57,388 bases of DNA from an uncultured virus (IMG/VR IMGVR_UViG_2061766007_000738) (taxonomy: Duplodnaviria; Heunggongvirae; Uroviricota; Caudoviricetes). The notes beneath the pieces were generated by a model. The model saw nothing but the letters and a program-made list of their open reading frames with translations. It did no database searches and was not told the origin of the DNA. The stretch lies in the IMG/VR virus record IMGVR_UViG_2061766007_000738; one strand, given 5' to 3'. Positions 11,964 through 24,394 of this stretch are shown here, piece by piece; within the stretch, counting starts at the first letter, position 1, and every line of letters begins with the position of its first letter. The position numbers were made by a program, and so were the translations under genes.

Positions 11964-14251
11964 TATGGTTTAGCTATTTTTTCAACCGCGGTAACGATAC
12001 GCTCGAGGATCGCGGTAAGCCCATCTTGCTGGGTAACCTTAGCGGCTACNNNNNNNNNNNNNNNNAGCTGTTTTTATCTTCTATGCGTGCGGTTATCTCT
12101 TGAAAGCGACTATCTGTTTTAAGCGCTTCACGCACTTCGGCGGTTGTAACATAACCACCCTTTTCCTTCATTAGACGTAGACGCACCTCTTCGGCGGCTT
12201 TCTTAGCCTGCCCCAGATCTTTGGCCAATTCGTCTCGTGTCTTAGCATCTGTGTCGTCCGTGGTCTCCAGCTCTTTTGCGCCTGCTTTTAACTGTTCGTC
12301 TACCCACGCACGGTTTTCTTGGAACTTTTTAACTTCTGCGTCGGTGACGTCTCTGCCTTGCACAGATTGTTGTAGATAGAGTTTATCTACCGTATCAGCA
12401 CCCAAGCCAAGATCTTTGGCGAACTTGCCGATCTCCTCGCGGCTCATTTCGCCATTTTTGAGCGCATCCAGCAGCTTCGCTTTAGCCGCCTTGTCACCTT
12501 TTGCTGTAAGGATGCTGAAACCCGAAGATCCCATACCTACGGCAGTTTTTATGTTTTCTTCTGAGAAACCCGCTCGTTTAAACCACCTTGCGACTACTTC
12601 TTGTTTAGCGGTCGCATCTTTAGCGGCTTCCCACTCTTGATTGAANNNNNNNNNNNNNNNNNNNNNNNNNNNNNNNNNNNNNNNNNNNNTCCCAACCGGT
12701 TCCCGCCCCGTCTTCGGCCATAAAGGCGTCCACAATACCGGCAAAGCCTTCTTTTCCGTTTTTTATTCCTTGTAGTTTCCGGAAAGTGGCTCCGCCTTGA
12801 GAATATAACATCATTTTAGCCGCGCCTTCACGCGTTGCCAGCATTCCCATAGCCTCGGCTGTATTTCCGGTGCCCGTAGCTTGTCGACCGATAATACCGA
12901 CCGCTTGACCGATGCCCGCTGCTTCAGCTTGGGATAACCCCGCCTTTACGAGTTCTTCCTCCATCCTACCGATATCGTAGTTACCGGTAATGATTCCACG
13001 CACACGCTCAAGCCCGCGGTTCCTAATCAGCATATCAAGACCGCGCTGATAGGTGCGGACCGAATCCATGCCCGCCCGCGCAACCAACGCCGGATTTGCC
13101 ATCGCATTGGTGACCGATACCGAAGCCATCTCGGCACCTGTGATATTATTTTCTCGGATGTACGCCGAGACATCCCCGACTTCCGCAAAGAATCTTTCCA
13201 CAGTACTTGCGTTATCATCCAGCCCTTTGCTACGTCTCCAGTGTGTTAGTGCGGCAGCAAACTCCCGTAATCTACCGGAGTTTACCATACGTGCATTGCT
13301 TCGAGAGTATGCCTGCCCCAACTGAATATCCGACAAACCTTCGATACGTGCACCGTAGCTGATACCGGCGGCTGTGGTGGNNNNNNNNNNNNNNNNNNNN
13401 NNNNNNNNNTTTCCGCCGAACGGTGCGATGAGTCCGTATTGTTGCGCAGTAAGGTTGGCAATACCTTGCGCATCAATGTTCCCCGTCATCAGAACGTTAC
13501 GGAAAGCGTTTGCCAACGTATCGGCTCGTCCTGAAGACATCGACACCAATNNNNNNNNNNNNNNNNNNNNNNNTTGGAGGATCTGTTCAACCGGGCCTTC
13601 TATGACGTCTTGGAGCGTGTGAACCGCGGAAGCATAGTCGCGCAACTCTTTCGAGAATTTCTTTATACGGGCTTTCTGTTGCGCAGCACCTGCGGCGGAA
13701 AATGGACCGCCCTCATCCAACGCGCCTGCACCGATCATCNNNNNNNNNNNNNNNNNNNNNNNNNNNNNNNNNNNNNNNNNNNNNNNNNNNNNNNNNNNNN
13801 NNNNNNNNNNNNNNNNNNNNNNNNTCTCCACCCGCTTTCCAATACGACTTGGAGTCGCCCACATTACCGTATAGCTGTCGATTATAGAGTGCGTTGCCAA
13901 TATTATGATACGCTGCCGATAGTTGCGGGCGGNNNNNNNNNNNNNNNNNNNNNNNNNNNNNNNNNNNNNNNNNNNNNNNNNNNNNNNNNNNNNNNNNNNA
14001 AAATTAGTCATCATGTTCTGGGTTACGGCAGACTGCGCCTGACCTAACGACGCATAAAGATTGGCGTTAAGCGTAGTACGCCGTTGCGCTTGGGCGATGT
14101 TGTATTGGAGGGTTTTGCCCGGATCCATCATCGTCCAAGACAACCCGTATCCCGGCTTACCGAGGAACCACTGAACTAGCGGTTCGACGGCTTCGGAAAT
14201 ACCGGGCATCGCAAGAAGTGCTCGTAGCTGTGCAAGGAAATTTTCAGGCAT
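11963..14251 (-). CDS. Tail tape measure protein (about 760 aa)
   Basis: A/G/Q-rich helical ORFs 12620..14251 and 12046..12744 joined across gaps, ending ...VEKIAKP* at 11963. Preceded by a chaperone gene with a slippery site. Confidence 0.7.
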
Positions 14252-14552
14252 TTAACGTTTCTGACTCTGAACGGCGTTTAGTTTTTTGATGCGATCTTGT
14301 ATTGTTACCGGTGTACCGGTGGCTATTATCTGATTTTTCCACGGTGTCAGGTGGACAGCGGTAAAATCTTCCGCCCAAGTCTTGGTCAACAACACTTGAC
14401 CACCGGTTTCCGATAATGTCGGATAAAGTTGAGACACTTGGAGTTCTCTAAGTGTCTCCATTCTATCCAGTATAGNNNNNNNNNNNNNNNNNNNNNNNTA
14501 TTGCATGGGCGATGTGCGCGTCTATCGTCAGTTGCGCCCAACGCCCTTCCAA
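14252..14552 (-). CDS. Tail assembly chaperone 'T' extension, probably reached by -1 frameshift
   Basis: The -1 frame after A AAT TTT reads LEGRWAQLTIDAHIAHAI up to a gap, then ILDRMETLREL...; no RBS before the in-track ATG. Confidence 0.5.
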
Positions 14553-15088
14553 AAATTTTCATCTTGCGCCGCAAGAACCAGCGATGCGCACAGCGCTGAG
14601 AATTGCGAGAACGTGGTTCGAAGCGCTTGGAGTTGGATGATCGGCATATTCAACAATTCTTCGGGCAACGCCTGATCTTCCAAGATCTTCAGCCTTCTTG
14701 CGGTATCCGCCTTATACAGAATGCGTTCTCCACCCTCTTTCGGTTGCTGGGAGACTTCGGCAAGACTGGCGACCATGGAGAAGTCGGCGGCATCGGAAAT
14801 GGAACCAAGACCGTCTTTGGTCTTATCCATGATAGCACGCTCCTGCAGACGCAGAAGCTTTCCACTGGCTTCTTCGAAAGTGACCGAAAGTGCGCCATTG
14901 TACAGCTCATACCGTTTGGTAAACGGAACTTGCGCAAGTGACGCTTTGAAGTAGGTCTGCAGGATTTCCTCGGAAATCGGCGTATAGTCCTGCCGCTGGT
15001 CGAATCCACAACGCTTGCAGCTATGCTCATGCAGTTCTTTGAGCTCCTGCTGAAGTTGGTCTTCGGGGGTTTTTGCGATCTCAGCCAT
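14528..15088 (-). CDS. Tail assembly chaperone (G-like) with CxxC
   Basis: Upstream of the tape measure gene; ends ...DENFWKGVGRN* with a slippery heptamer at E-N-F. Confidence 0.6.
   Translation of the reverse strand: MAEIAKTPEDQLQQELKELHEHSCKRCGFDQRQDYTPISEEILQTYFKASLAQVPFTKRYELYNGALSVTFEEASGKLLRLQERAIMDKTKDGLGSISDAADFSMVASLAEVSQQPKEGGERILYKADTARRLKILEDQALPEELLNMPIIQLQALRTTFSQFSALCASLVLAAQDENFWKGVGRN
14552..14558 (-). other. -1 programmed ribosomal frameshift slippery heptamer A-AAT-TTT
   Basis: X-XXY-YYZ pattern in the correct phase (GAA AAT TTT TGG) near the end of the chaperone gene. Confidence 0.6.
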
Positions 15089-15101
15089 GATTCATCCTTT
15101 C

Positions 15102-17419
15102 TTAGTTTTGCGTGGCTATAGAGAGATTGTTGAAGGGGTATGTCTGCTCTTTGTTCCGCACACTTACATCCTTCACGCTATTACCTGTCCAGAATTTGAT
15201 ACCGGGGTAAATATAACTTACTCCCGGTTCGACATTTTTCAAGCCCTTGTTTTGCCAAGTTCCACCTTTGGGGGAAGGCGTCACTACGCGATACACACAA
15301 GATACATCAGACTCACCGAAGGAGAAACCCAACTCTTTCAGCTCTTTCGAACCGTCTGGTAGCAGGTCTTTTGCGTTGATTGCGAAATCAGTGTTAGGCC
15401 CAGTTCCACTATATGATTTTGTCAGCGCGCGCAGGGTGTCGGCGTTCGAAGCTTTCTGCAATTCTTTCTGTCGACGCAATGTAAGCACATATTCTCCGAC
15501 TATCGACCCGGAGGCAATACACTGACCGTTGATATAACAATCATTGTTCAGCTTCAACCCTCCGATGCCGTTGATCCATTGTCCTTGTGTTCCGGACGCA
15601 AAGGTTTTCCGTGAATTCTCGCCGGAGGCAGTGACCACCGTAATCACCGTGTTTTTCTGTCGGGAGCGTATTCCACCGTTTAACATGATGTCCCCGGCAA
15701 TGGTTATAGTGCCGCTCAAGATAATCGCTTTAGTGTCACTCGTGAGACAAATTGCTGTAGCATTTTCTCTGATAACATCGCCGCTGAAGTTGATTTTTCC
15801 ATCTTTTGCAAGTACTTGAAAAGTCCCGCCGGTGATCGAAGGTTTTTGCGGATTGCGGCNNNNNNNNNNNNNNNNNNNNNNNNNNNNNNNNNNNNNNAAG
15901 AATTTTGAGGTCCTGCGCGGATTCCAAGACAACTTTGCCCTTCGGGTCTTCCGTTGCGCCGTGGAGCAGGAGGTCTTTACCGCCCTCTATACGAAGCGTG
16001 CCTCTGTAAGCTTGCAGTGCCACGTCGTTCGTGGCATAGTTAGTGAGATTGTGTCCCGCGAAGTGTAGTTCATCACGCGCTGCCGTGGTGATGATGTTGT
16101 TGGTGGCGTGGATCTCCACATTCCCGTGAGAGAGGAGGATGAAGCTTCCCCACCCATCCACCAGCTTAATCCCGCCGTCGTCTTGAAACTCTATGTAGCA
16201 ACTTCCCTCTTTGAGGGGGATTACTTTATCTTTTCGAGCACTGTCAGGGATTTTAACTATCTCACCATCATCCGGGTATTCACCCTTCGAGAAATCCAAG
16301 AACTCCGTGGGATAGCCATTTAATGCAAAAAGCGCGTCATTTTCAGTAACTTTCCAGTTCCGCTTATCCCCTGTCGACAGCTTTACCGGCGTATCGAGAT
16401 CCGCTGTATCCTGCTCGGCGGCCGATTGATCTTCAACATTAAGTCGTTGTCCAACATATTGAAAGGATTTCAGTCCTGGACGTTTTCCGATGATGACGCG
16501 TGACGCGGACAGCATCTTTCGGGTGCCGTCCATTCCAAGGAAGTCGGTATAAAGCGCGGACTCCTCTTTCTCATCCAAGATAGTACGATGCGAACCGTAC
16601 AAAACATCGCCGCTCTGTGTGATATCGCGGTATATCGCTGTGGGTAATTCGCCATCAGGACCACGATCAGTCGATTCACTGATATCTGTGGCGTCCTCCT
16701 TTATGCAATCATACCACGCTTCGTTAACGTTGCCGCATGACTTTTTAGTGGTGATGGTGGATGTATTAAGAATAGCGATGTCTTCGACGGAGTTCACCGT
16801 AGATACCGTGCGCAACATGGATCTGGAGATCAGTCTGCGATCGATGCCACTAACCATGAGTTCTGCACAAGTGGCTCTTATTCCAGCAAAGTAATCATCC
16901 ACCAGTAGCGACACCAATTTACCCGCGGCTTCGTATGCACCGGGCAACATATCTATACCGCCATGCCCGGTAGCCCATTTAGGTTTGGTGTTAGCTTGAT
17001 TGCGTGTCATCAAGTTGTTGAAGAGCGCAATAAGTCTCGAATCCAAATTATCCCCGTCCCAGCGTGAACCTGAAACTAAGTCCGGGACTTTATTCACTTC
17101 GATGAACTTGGTGGTGATACTTCCCAAGATATATGCCAACTCAGCAACCGCGTTCGCGCCATAGTTGGTTTGTCGAAGATATAGAACCATGTCTCCGACA
17201 TAGTAGCCGCCTTGTAATTGGACGCCTCTGCGGATATTTCCACGCACACCCAATGGCACCGCAGGAATCGGTGGCACCGACGGCAGGGTGGGNNNNNNNN
17301 NNNNNNACTGCGACGATCATCCCGATACCGATACTGTAGATGGGGCGATTGCTGCAGAACAGCTGATTCGCCATCTCCTTGATCCCGAACTCGGTATCAC
17401 TTATCCCAAAAAGCGCCAC
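15102..17419 (-). CDS. Baseplate spike/hub protein (gp5/VgrG-like)
   Basis: Three fragments joined across gaps. OB-fold-like N-terminus (YYVGDMVLY) and beta-helix-like repeats YIEFQDDGGIKLVDGWGSFILLSHGNVEIHATNNI. Confidence 0.6.
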
Positions 17420-17432
17420 GGAAATACCCTTT

Positions 17433-17474
17433 CAATAAAATAGCCGAACTTGCGGAGTTACCGCAGGCTCGGCT
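17433..17474 (-). terminator. Rho-independent terminator after the tail tube gene
   Basis: Minus strand reads AGCCGAGCCTGCGG-TAACT-CCGCAAGTTCGGCT followed by ATTTTATTG. Confidence 0.75.
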
Positions 17475-17489
17475 GATTGACGAGAGCGA

Positions 17490-18002
17490 TTAATCGAAAC
17501 TCAGTCCGTTGAACTCAAATGTTGCATTGGCGTTGTAGTACAAGACGCCGTCTTGCTGAACGCTGGTGGTCACGCCGATGCTGACCGGAAGCACGCCGGA
17601 CATCGTGATTTTACCGTTATCCGGACGAGTGGCGATCTCGTTGTTGTTCCCGCATTCCTGCATACCACTGACATTGAGCACCGCGGTATTAACGTTGCTG
17701 CAGGGATTTTTCAGATCGACACCGAAGATAGTAGCGAAGTCGGATGCCTTACCCAGCAAACCACTGACTGTCAATGTGCCGTGACCGATACCGATGATGT
17801 AAGCCATACCGGTTGTATTGAGGAAGTATTTCCGAAACACGCTACGGGCAAAACTCAGTTGGCAGGTATCAATCAACAATGCTGTATCACTGACATCCTC
17901 GCCACTGAAGGTGAGGATGCCGCCTGCTTGGTTCCCACCACCGAGACCGGGAGTGGAAACATACTTGACGTTGAGCTGGTCGGAATTGAATATCTTGGCC
18001 AT
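17490..18002 (-). CDS. Tail tube protein
   Basis: 170-aa beta-rich ORF directly after the sheath gene (GHGTLTVSGLLG; NATFEFNGL) and followed by a terminator. Confidence 0.65.
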   Translation of the reverse strand: MAKIFNSDQLNVKYVSTPGLGGGNQAGGILTFSGEDVSDTALLIDTCQLSFARSVFRKYFLNTTGMAYIIGIGHGTLTVSGLLGKASDFATIFGVDLKNPCSNVNTAVLNVSGMQECGNNNEIATRPDNGKITMSGVLPVSIGVTTSVQQDGVLYYNANATFEFNGLSFD

Positions 18003-18013
18003 GAGTATACCTC

Positions 18014-20179
18014 TTAGAACAGGTTGAAGGTGAAATCACCGTTGAGGTAGACATCCGGCAGATCAAGGTTGAACACGCCGATCACACCCGCGGTGTTGTT
18101 CGGATCTTGTTTAACGGTGATCGACTCCACCTCGAGAATTTGCGGTCCGATGAGATCGCTATAGTTCCTCGCGAGAATCGTATTGAACGCGGCCTGCACG
18201 TTGACGTAGATCTTGTCGATCAACGCCGGGGTGACGTTGCAGTTCCCGCGGAGCCACGAAACTTGATTGCGCACCGTCCGCAGAATGTTGTCACCGTTGG
18301 AGACAGCGCTGTCCTCCTCGGCGATGGTTCCGACTCCGCCGGTGGTGATCGCATGGCGCGAGACCATCTCACCACGGTTGTCGCGATAGCAGATCCACAC
18401 ACCGCCGTTGTTCATGATATCGAGGTCGGATTCACTGAAACCGACCGAGGTCGAGATCGACACGCCGGGGATGGTGACGTCGGTGAGCGGCGCATGCGGG
18501 GGCATCGAGCCGCGCATCGTCGCCAGAACCACCGTGATATACTGGGCGTTGTCGAACGCATACCCGGCAACCGTATTCGGCTCCGCGTAGATGTAGTTGA
18601 TGCGTGGGCTGTTGTATTGCGACGCTTCCGCGGCGATCGCCTTAGCGAGATCGGTCGGAGTTGCGGTACGCGAGAAGTTGATGACTTTCTGCACTGCGTC
18701 CGCGAAGGGGGAGGTGTCCACAGTAATCGTACTACCGGAAATCCCAGTGATGCGCATGATCGTCTTGGTGGTTTTTCCAAGAACTGCATCATAGGAGGTG
18801 ACGATCGCACTGTCGCCGATAGCAATGCCTGCATCCTTGACCGCGTCCGCATCCAACCCGGAGATCGTGGTTCCGTTGATCGTACCGACCGTAGTTAGGA
18901 GCGAGGACTCTTTTTGCAGTTGCGAGAATACCCAACCACGCTTGACTTGGGCAACCTTCTTGTTGCTGTACTTGGCGATCAGTGCCTGCATGGTCGAGAT
19001 GGTGCTCGGAGTCTGGATCAGCGGAACCAGACTGTAGGCGTCCTCGATCTTGGCCGCAGCAGTCATCGCCTTATTGATCGCCGCTTCGGTGTCGTCTTCG
19101 GCGGCGCACAGATAGAAGTTGTTATAGCCCGTCTGGACTGCGGCGTTGTATGCCATGCCGAGGGGGTTCTCGGGAACCATCGGACCAACCCACTCCTCAA
19201 TACCCGGAGCGGAGGCAGCCTGAAGTTCGTTGGCGTCCTCAGTCAGCAGTTCGCGGTAGTCCAGTTCCACGTTACCGCTGGCGATCGCGTAGGTCTTCGA
19301 ACCGTACACGCAGTTGGNNNNNNNNNNNNNNNNNNNNNNNNNNNNNNNNNNNNNNNNNNNNNNNNNNNNNNNNNNNNNNNNNNNNNNNNNNNNNNNNNNN
19401 NNNNNNNNNNNCCACGAAAACAGAATTATAAATCCCGGTCCCGCCCGGAACGCAGTTGATAATAAGCGACGCACCACTGGAAGTAGCGCTGGCCACGCGG
19501 CTGACTACCAGACCGAGATTGCCAACCATCGCAGTGCCGTGCGATCCGAAGGAAATCTGCTGATTCTGGTAGGAAAGATCGCCATTGACCGCGGTCGCCA
19601 TCATAGTGGCAGTANNNNNNNNNNNNNNNNNNNNNNNNNNNNNNNNNNNNNTGCGGGGACATTGCCGGTGTAGGAGGCACTCCAACTACCAACGCCTGTG
19701 GTGCTGGTGATCGTTGCCGCGGCTTGGGTGGTGGCCTGCGCAACGCTGGTGACGTTGTACACGGCGGTGCCACTGACGAGTTTATCACCTTTTTGGAGGT
19801 TATAGCCGCCTTGGAGGAAGGAGTTCTGTCCCGCGACCGCGCTCGTGAAGACGATCGCACCGCCGGAGGTCTCAACCGTACCGCTGAACGCGGCACCGGC
19901 ACTGTCGCCGAGATTGACCACCGGATTCAGGATGTACGCGGAGACCGACGCGGAGTCGAGAATGGCTCCGGAGGTTTGTTTCGGATATGCGCCGGACATT
20001 GCCGCACCGCTGTAAACAGTGTTGCCGGTGGAGTCGGCAAAAGTGGCATTGTCGTATTCGGCAGCATGGATCTCATAGCGAGGAGCGATAAACACCGGCG
20101 TAAGACTGTCCGGTGCCGTGTTTTGATTCACTCCACCATAAGTGATGGTGAAAGTGGTTTGGGGCTTAGATCTTGCCAT
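18014..20179 (-). CDS. Contractile tail sheath protein
   Basis: Three fragments joined across gaps. C-terminal sheath-like motifs PPHAPLT, FSESDLDIMNNGGVWI, RHAITT and EDSAVSNGDNI; strong codon bias. Confidence 0.8.
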
Positions 20180-20188
20180 TGTTTAACC

Positions 20189-20786
20189 TCAAGGTAGTTC
20201 AACGGAGGCAAGTTCGCCTCCTTCCAAATTAAGTCTGATACTTATACTCCTCAATATACTCTCGGTTGACTCATATTGCCACTTGGTCAGGGGTACTCCG
20301 GCATTGACACTCACCTTAGCGAAGAAGTAGTTAGGCGTAGTATCCCGGAACTGCTTGGTGGCGCCGCAAGTCACGGTGGAAAGATAGAGGTTGTATTGAC
20401 GAAAGAACGGGGTAAAGGTAATTAGGAACTGGCTGAGTTCCAGTGCCATGTATTCGGTGGTGCGATAGTTCGGCGTTTTGATCTCGAATGAAATCGTCAT
20501 CGAGGGATGTACCACCGATGTCTTTTCCTTGGCGTAGGGAGCAACATTCTGCATGATGATGTCGGAGCGGCTCANNNNNNNNNNNNNNNNNNNCGGGGAT
20601 GCTGGTCTCGGCATTGACCACCCGCAGAGTTCCATCGCAGGGAAGGATATCGGCGAGTTGCTCGTGTACGAAATCTCCGCCGTTGAAGAAACCTTCGACA
20701 GCCCCTTGAAGAACGCACACGCCATCGAGCATGTCGAGGCAGTACTCTTGCTTATTCGGCTGCTGGAGAACTACTTCTTCGCTCAT
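20189..20786 (-). CDS. Putative tail terminator/completion protein
   Basis: ATG at 20786 (MSEEVVLQQ...) joined across a gap to the 20189 frame; immediately upstream of the sheath gene. Confidence 0.5.
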
Positions 20787-21525
20787 TTCACGATATTCCA
20801 CAAAGTTTTGTACCGCGGATCCTCCGGCAGTATTTGACAGGTATTCAACATATATACGACCGGAACGTTCGCTATGGATGCCAGNNNNNNNNNNNNNNNN
20901 NNNNNNNNNNNNNNNATAGCTCCGACCCAACGCGAATGAGATCGTGCGATCTCAGGATACCGCCGAAAGTGGTGCGGAAACTTTGGGTCGGTACATCAAT
21001 TTGATTGGCTTCCGTTCCTTGTTGTTTAGGCGCATGCGGAGTCGCCATCAAAAGTTGTACCTCGTGGGGGTACTTGTAGTACCCACCCACGATTCCCGTA
21101 CCGTAACAGGTCGGGCAATATATGTCCTGACCTTGGGTGGGACACCCGGAGTCGCAGTCGTGACACGGTACACCATATCTTTTCCGCAGATACAGTGTTC
21201 CTACCGGTGCGCCAAAAGGCTGCGATCTATACAGGATGCGTTCCCGACGCCTGATCTCGCGTACAAGTTTATATGCTTTATCCCCGATATACGCCGCGGG
21301 GATGTTATCCACCACGCAGGAATCGCCAGACTCGGAGAAACCCTCGAGGCGGTAGATGTCGAAGNNNNNNNNNNNNNNNNNNNNNNNNNNNNNNNATTCC
21401 TGACCATCACGTGATCCGTACACTCGGCATTTGAAGATGGAAAAACCATCCGCCGGTTCCCATTGGAGCAGGCGGGTGGTTCCAGTGCTCACGCACGAGA
21501 TGTTACGGAACATGTGTGGTTGCAT
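20783..21525 (-). CDS. Putative head-closure/neck protein with Zn finger
   Basis: LRKRYGVPCHDC...CPTCYGTGIVGGY. C-terminus read manually after the gap (LASIANVPVVY...WNIVK*). Confidence 0.55.
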
Positions 21526-22748
21526 TAAGCGATCCCGAGACCTTTGCTCGCGCGAGCGTTCTGTGCCATTGTGGCACGTCTTTGTACATTTTCTGTGCGT
21601 ACGTCGTTTACTAGATCCGGTTCTTTTAGCATATCAGGATGAATCTGCATAACATTTTTGCGGTGTTGCTCAACGGGCAAAAGACGTTGCTTCGCTAAAA
21701 ACGCTCCACGATTCTCACGACCCCCTTGTTCATAATTTTTTGATAGCGTGGTTATGATTTCGTCTCGTGTTAGAAGGTGCGGGCGCATCGTTCTCGGGAT
21801 AACGGCGCCTAAAACGGGATTTATCGTTTTGAAGTGTCTCACCATAGCTTCGGCGTTTTTACGAGCCTGTTCTGGGCGTATTTTGGTGGCAAGGACGCTC
21901 TCGGAAACTTCAACCGGCTCCTTTTCAGAGATAGTTCGTAGATCCTCAGGTACTTCCGGAGTCGCAGTGGGCACGTCTACGCGGGGTGTTATGACTTGTC
22001 TGCGCCGATCGATTTGTTCGAAGTATCCATTTGGCTTGTCCTTAATTTGTCCATTTTCGACCGTTGCTCCGGTGGACGCAGGGTTTTTTATGATTTTAAT
22101 CGCCGCCCCCGGCACTCCTGTGCCACCTTTCTTCTCGATCGCCGACGCAGTTTTCTGCTGTTTGGCTTCACGCTCTGCATCTTCTGCGATAATACGTCCA
22201 AGCCGTTTATATCGGTTATAGGAGGCAACGCCCGGAATCAGCCACGATTTCCACGAAGACCCTTTGTCATGTTTGAGCTGTTCTTCGGCGGTACGGGTCG
22301 GGGTGATCGCTGCAACGATGNNNNNNNNNNNNNNNNNNNNNNNGACCCAGACCACCAAGCACAACACCTGTATTTATTCTCGACTCTTCTCCTGCACGTC
22401 GGGTGTCTCGATACGCCTCATCAGCTGCCCACGCGCGTTCTTTGTACGCGAGGTCGGGGGAGTTTTCCGGGAGCGGGTGACTCTTGATGTATTCTGCGCG
22501 CGCTTTGTCTCCGGCTTTGTCTGCGAGGTGTTCACGAAGCGCGAATTGTCCAACACCGAGACCACCTAAAAGAGCGGCNNNNNNNNNNNNNNNNNNNNNN
22601 NNNNNNNNNNNNNNNNNNNNNNNNNNNNNNNNNNNNNNNNNNNNNNNNNNNNNNNNNNNNNNNNNNNNNNNNNNNNNNNNNNNNNNNNNNNNNNNNNNNN
22701 NNNNNNNNNNNNNNNNNNNNNCTTGACCGCTTCTTTGATGTTTTTCAT
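21525..22748 (-). CDS. Glycine-rich virion-associated protein (fragmented)
   Basis: Starts MKNIKEAVK; hydrophobic segments AALLGGLGVG and GVVLGGLG; KTAS motif; joined across gaps. Confidence 0.45.
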
Positions 22749-22762
22749 TTTTCATTTTTGAG

Positions 22763-23578
22763 TTAGAGGTAGCCCAGATTCTGATCAAAGGCCATGATGT
22801 TTTCTTCGTTCTTGGCCTGCGACATTCCGCCAGACCACCTTGTTTTATACTCTTGCAGAAGTGCTCTGTAGGCATCTGCACGTTTTTCGAGATCCACTGT
22901 GGTATTGCCTGCGGCGTAGGTCATGCGATTGCGTTCCAGCAACGTCCACAAACTCTGTATCATCATATAAATTACACCCGCGCGAAGAATTTCGGGGTAC
23001 GGGAAAGTTTCGCCAGAGTATTGGGTAAGCCGTGGCGCGGTGTTGTTCCACTGCTGAATGGCACGATGGACCGCGTTACAGATGTCCCATGTACCGATCT
23101 CTTGGCTGTCGAGAATCCGGTTGTCTTCGAAACTGATATCGCCAAATTCCGCACGAACGCTTTCAAGCGTCATGTGCGGGTTATCACGCAGAGGGCTGAT
23201 CGCCTTGTCTACGCAGATGTAAGTGCTGTAGCTGTTGATCGGCTTTTGATCCGAATCGTAAAACACGATCTGGAACAGATAATATCCACGTTTAACTTGC
23301 TCGGGTATACTCAGCGTGATCGAAAGCTCTTTGCTTTCCGGTTCAATCGCCACCGGATCCTTGCTTTCCAAGACACTCAAGTCCTCGCGTACAAAGGGAC
23401 GCATGAAAAACTTGTAGAACGACGCATTGATGACACCGGGGGTAGCATCCGTCAGTACATCCGTGAACTGCAGAGTGAAGGTGTTCGTCATCCCCGCAGT
23501 AACGACAATAGCATCCAGCGTGGTTTTCCACGAGATGCGTTGTTCGAGAGTCTGGGGGATGACGATGTTTTGGGGCAT
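22763..23578 (-). CDS. Putative head-tail adaptor with Ig-like N-terminal domain
   Basis: Beta-sandwich-like N-half and helical C-half (VRAEFGD...NRILD; AIQQWNNTAP); located after the capsid gene. Confidence 0.55.
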   Translation of the reverse strand: MPQNIVIPQTLEQRISWKTTLDAIVVTAGMTNTFTLQFTDVLTDATPGVINASFYKFFMRPFVREDLSVLESKDPVAIEPESKELSITLSIPEQVKRGYYLFQIVFYDSDQKPINSYSTYICVDKAISPLRDNPHMTLESVRAEFGDISFEDNRILDSQEIGTWDICNAVHRAIQQWNNTAPRLTQYSGETFPYPEILRAGVIYMMIQSLWTLLERNRMTYAAGNTTVDLEKRADAYRALLQEYKTRWSGGMSQAKNEENIMAFDQNLGYL

Positions 23579-24155
23579 TAGAGCGTCACCACTTCCTTCT
23601 TGCGCCGTCCACCCTTCTTAGGAGTTTCTTGCGGGGTTTCTTCGGTTGCCTGCGGATCGGAGGCGGGATCCGGCTGGCGGTGGAGGTTCTGTTCCTTCAA
23701 CGCTTCCTCGACAGTTTCCGACGATTTGTCTTCCGTAGGCTCTGCAGTAATGCCCGCCGCTTCAGCCGCGGCATTGGCGATCTTCTGCTCGGGTCGCNNN
23801 NNNNNNNNNNNNNNNNNNNNNNNGTCAGGGAGCTGCCCCGGGGGCAACGCACCTTCCATCTTCACCGGTTCTTTCTTCACCGGCTGTGCGACCGGAGTGG
23901 GCATGCCACCGGCGATGATCCGCTGTGCANNNNNNNNNNNNNNNNNNNNNGGTCGTAAAGATAAGTGATCAGCGCGCGTCCCTGACGAACGTCGATGAGA
24001 ATGCGCTCAAGATTGACGCTCGGAGTATTGCGCCATTCCGTAAAAGGATCGAAGGCGAAGACGAATTCGCTGTTGGCGCGAACGGCCACGTTGGGTCCGT
24101 AGTTCAGCGTCTTGTTCGTCAGATTACGGATTACGGTTTGAAGCGGTCCCTTCAT
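23578..24155 (-). CDS. Hypothetical protein with low-complexity C-terminus
   Basis: ORFs 23877..24155 and 23578..23904 joined across a gap. Confidence 0.5.
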
Positions 24156-24339
24156 GGGATGTCCTTTCTATGTTGCTGTGGGTGGCGCTTCCCAAAACTT
24201 AATGCGCCAAAAAGGAGAGTTGATATACTCCCCCACCACAAAGGTGGGTGATTNNNNNNNNNNNNNNNNNNNNNNNNNNNNNNNNNNNNNNNNNGCCTTA
24301 CGAGTACTACCCGGGGAAGATGTCCCTTCCCGTAGAATG

Positions 24340-24374
24340 TTAAAAGGGTGCGTGGGGTGTTTTACCACCCCACG
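24340..24374 (-). terminator. Probable terminator after the major capsid gene
   Basis: Perfect 9-bp stem CGTGGGGTG/CACCCCACG (24351-24374), followed on the minus strand by CACCCTTTTAA. Confidence 0.6.
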
Positions 24375-24394
24375 ACTTTATTGGTCAAGCAACC

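Noticed and set aside
378..20179. Stand-alone contractile injection system or tailocin
   Set aside because: A full head module (portal, protease, scaffold, capsid) is linked, which indicates a phage.
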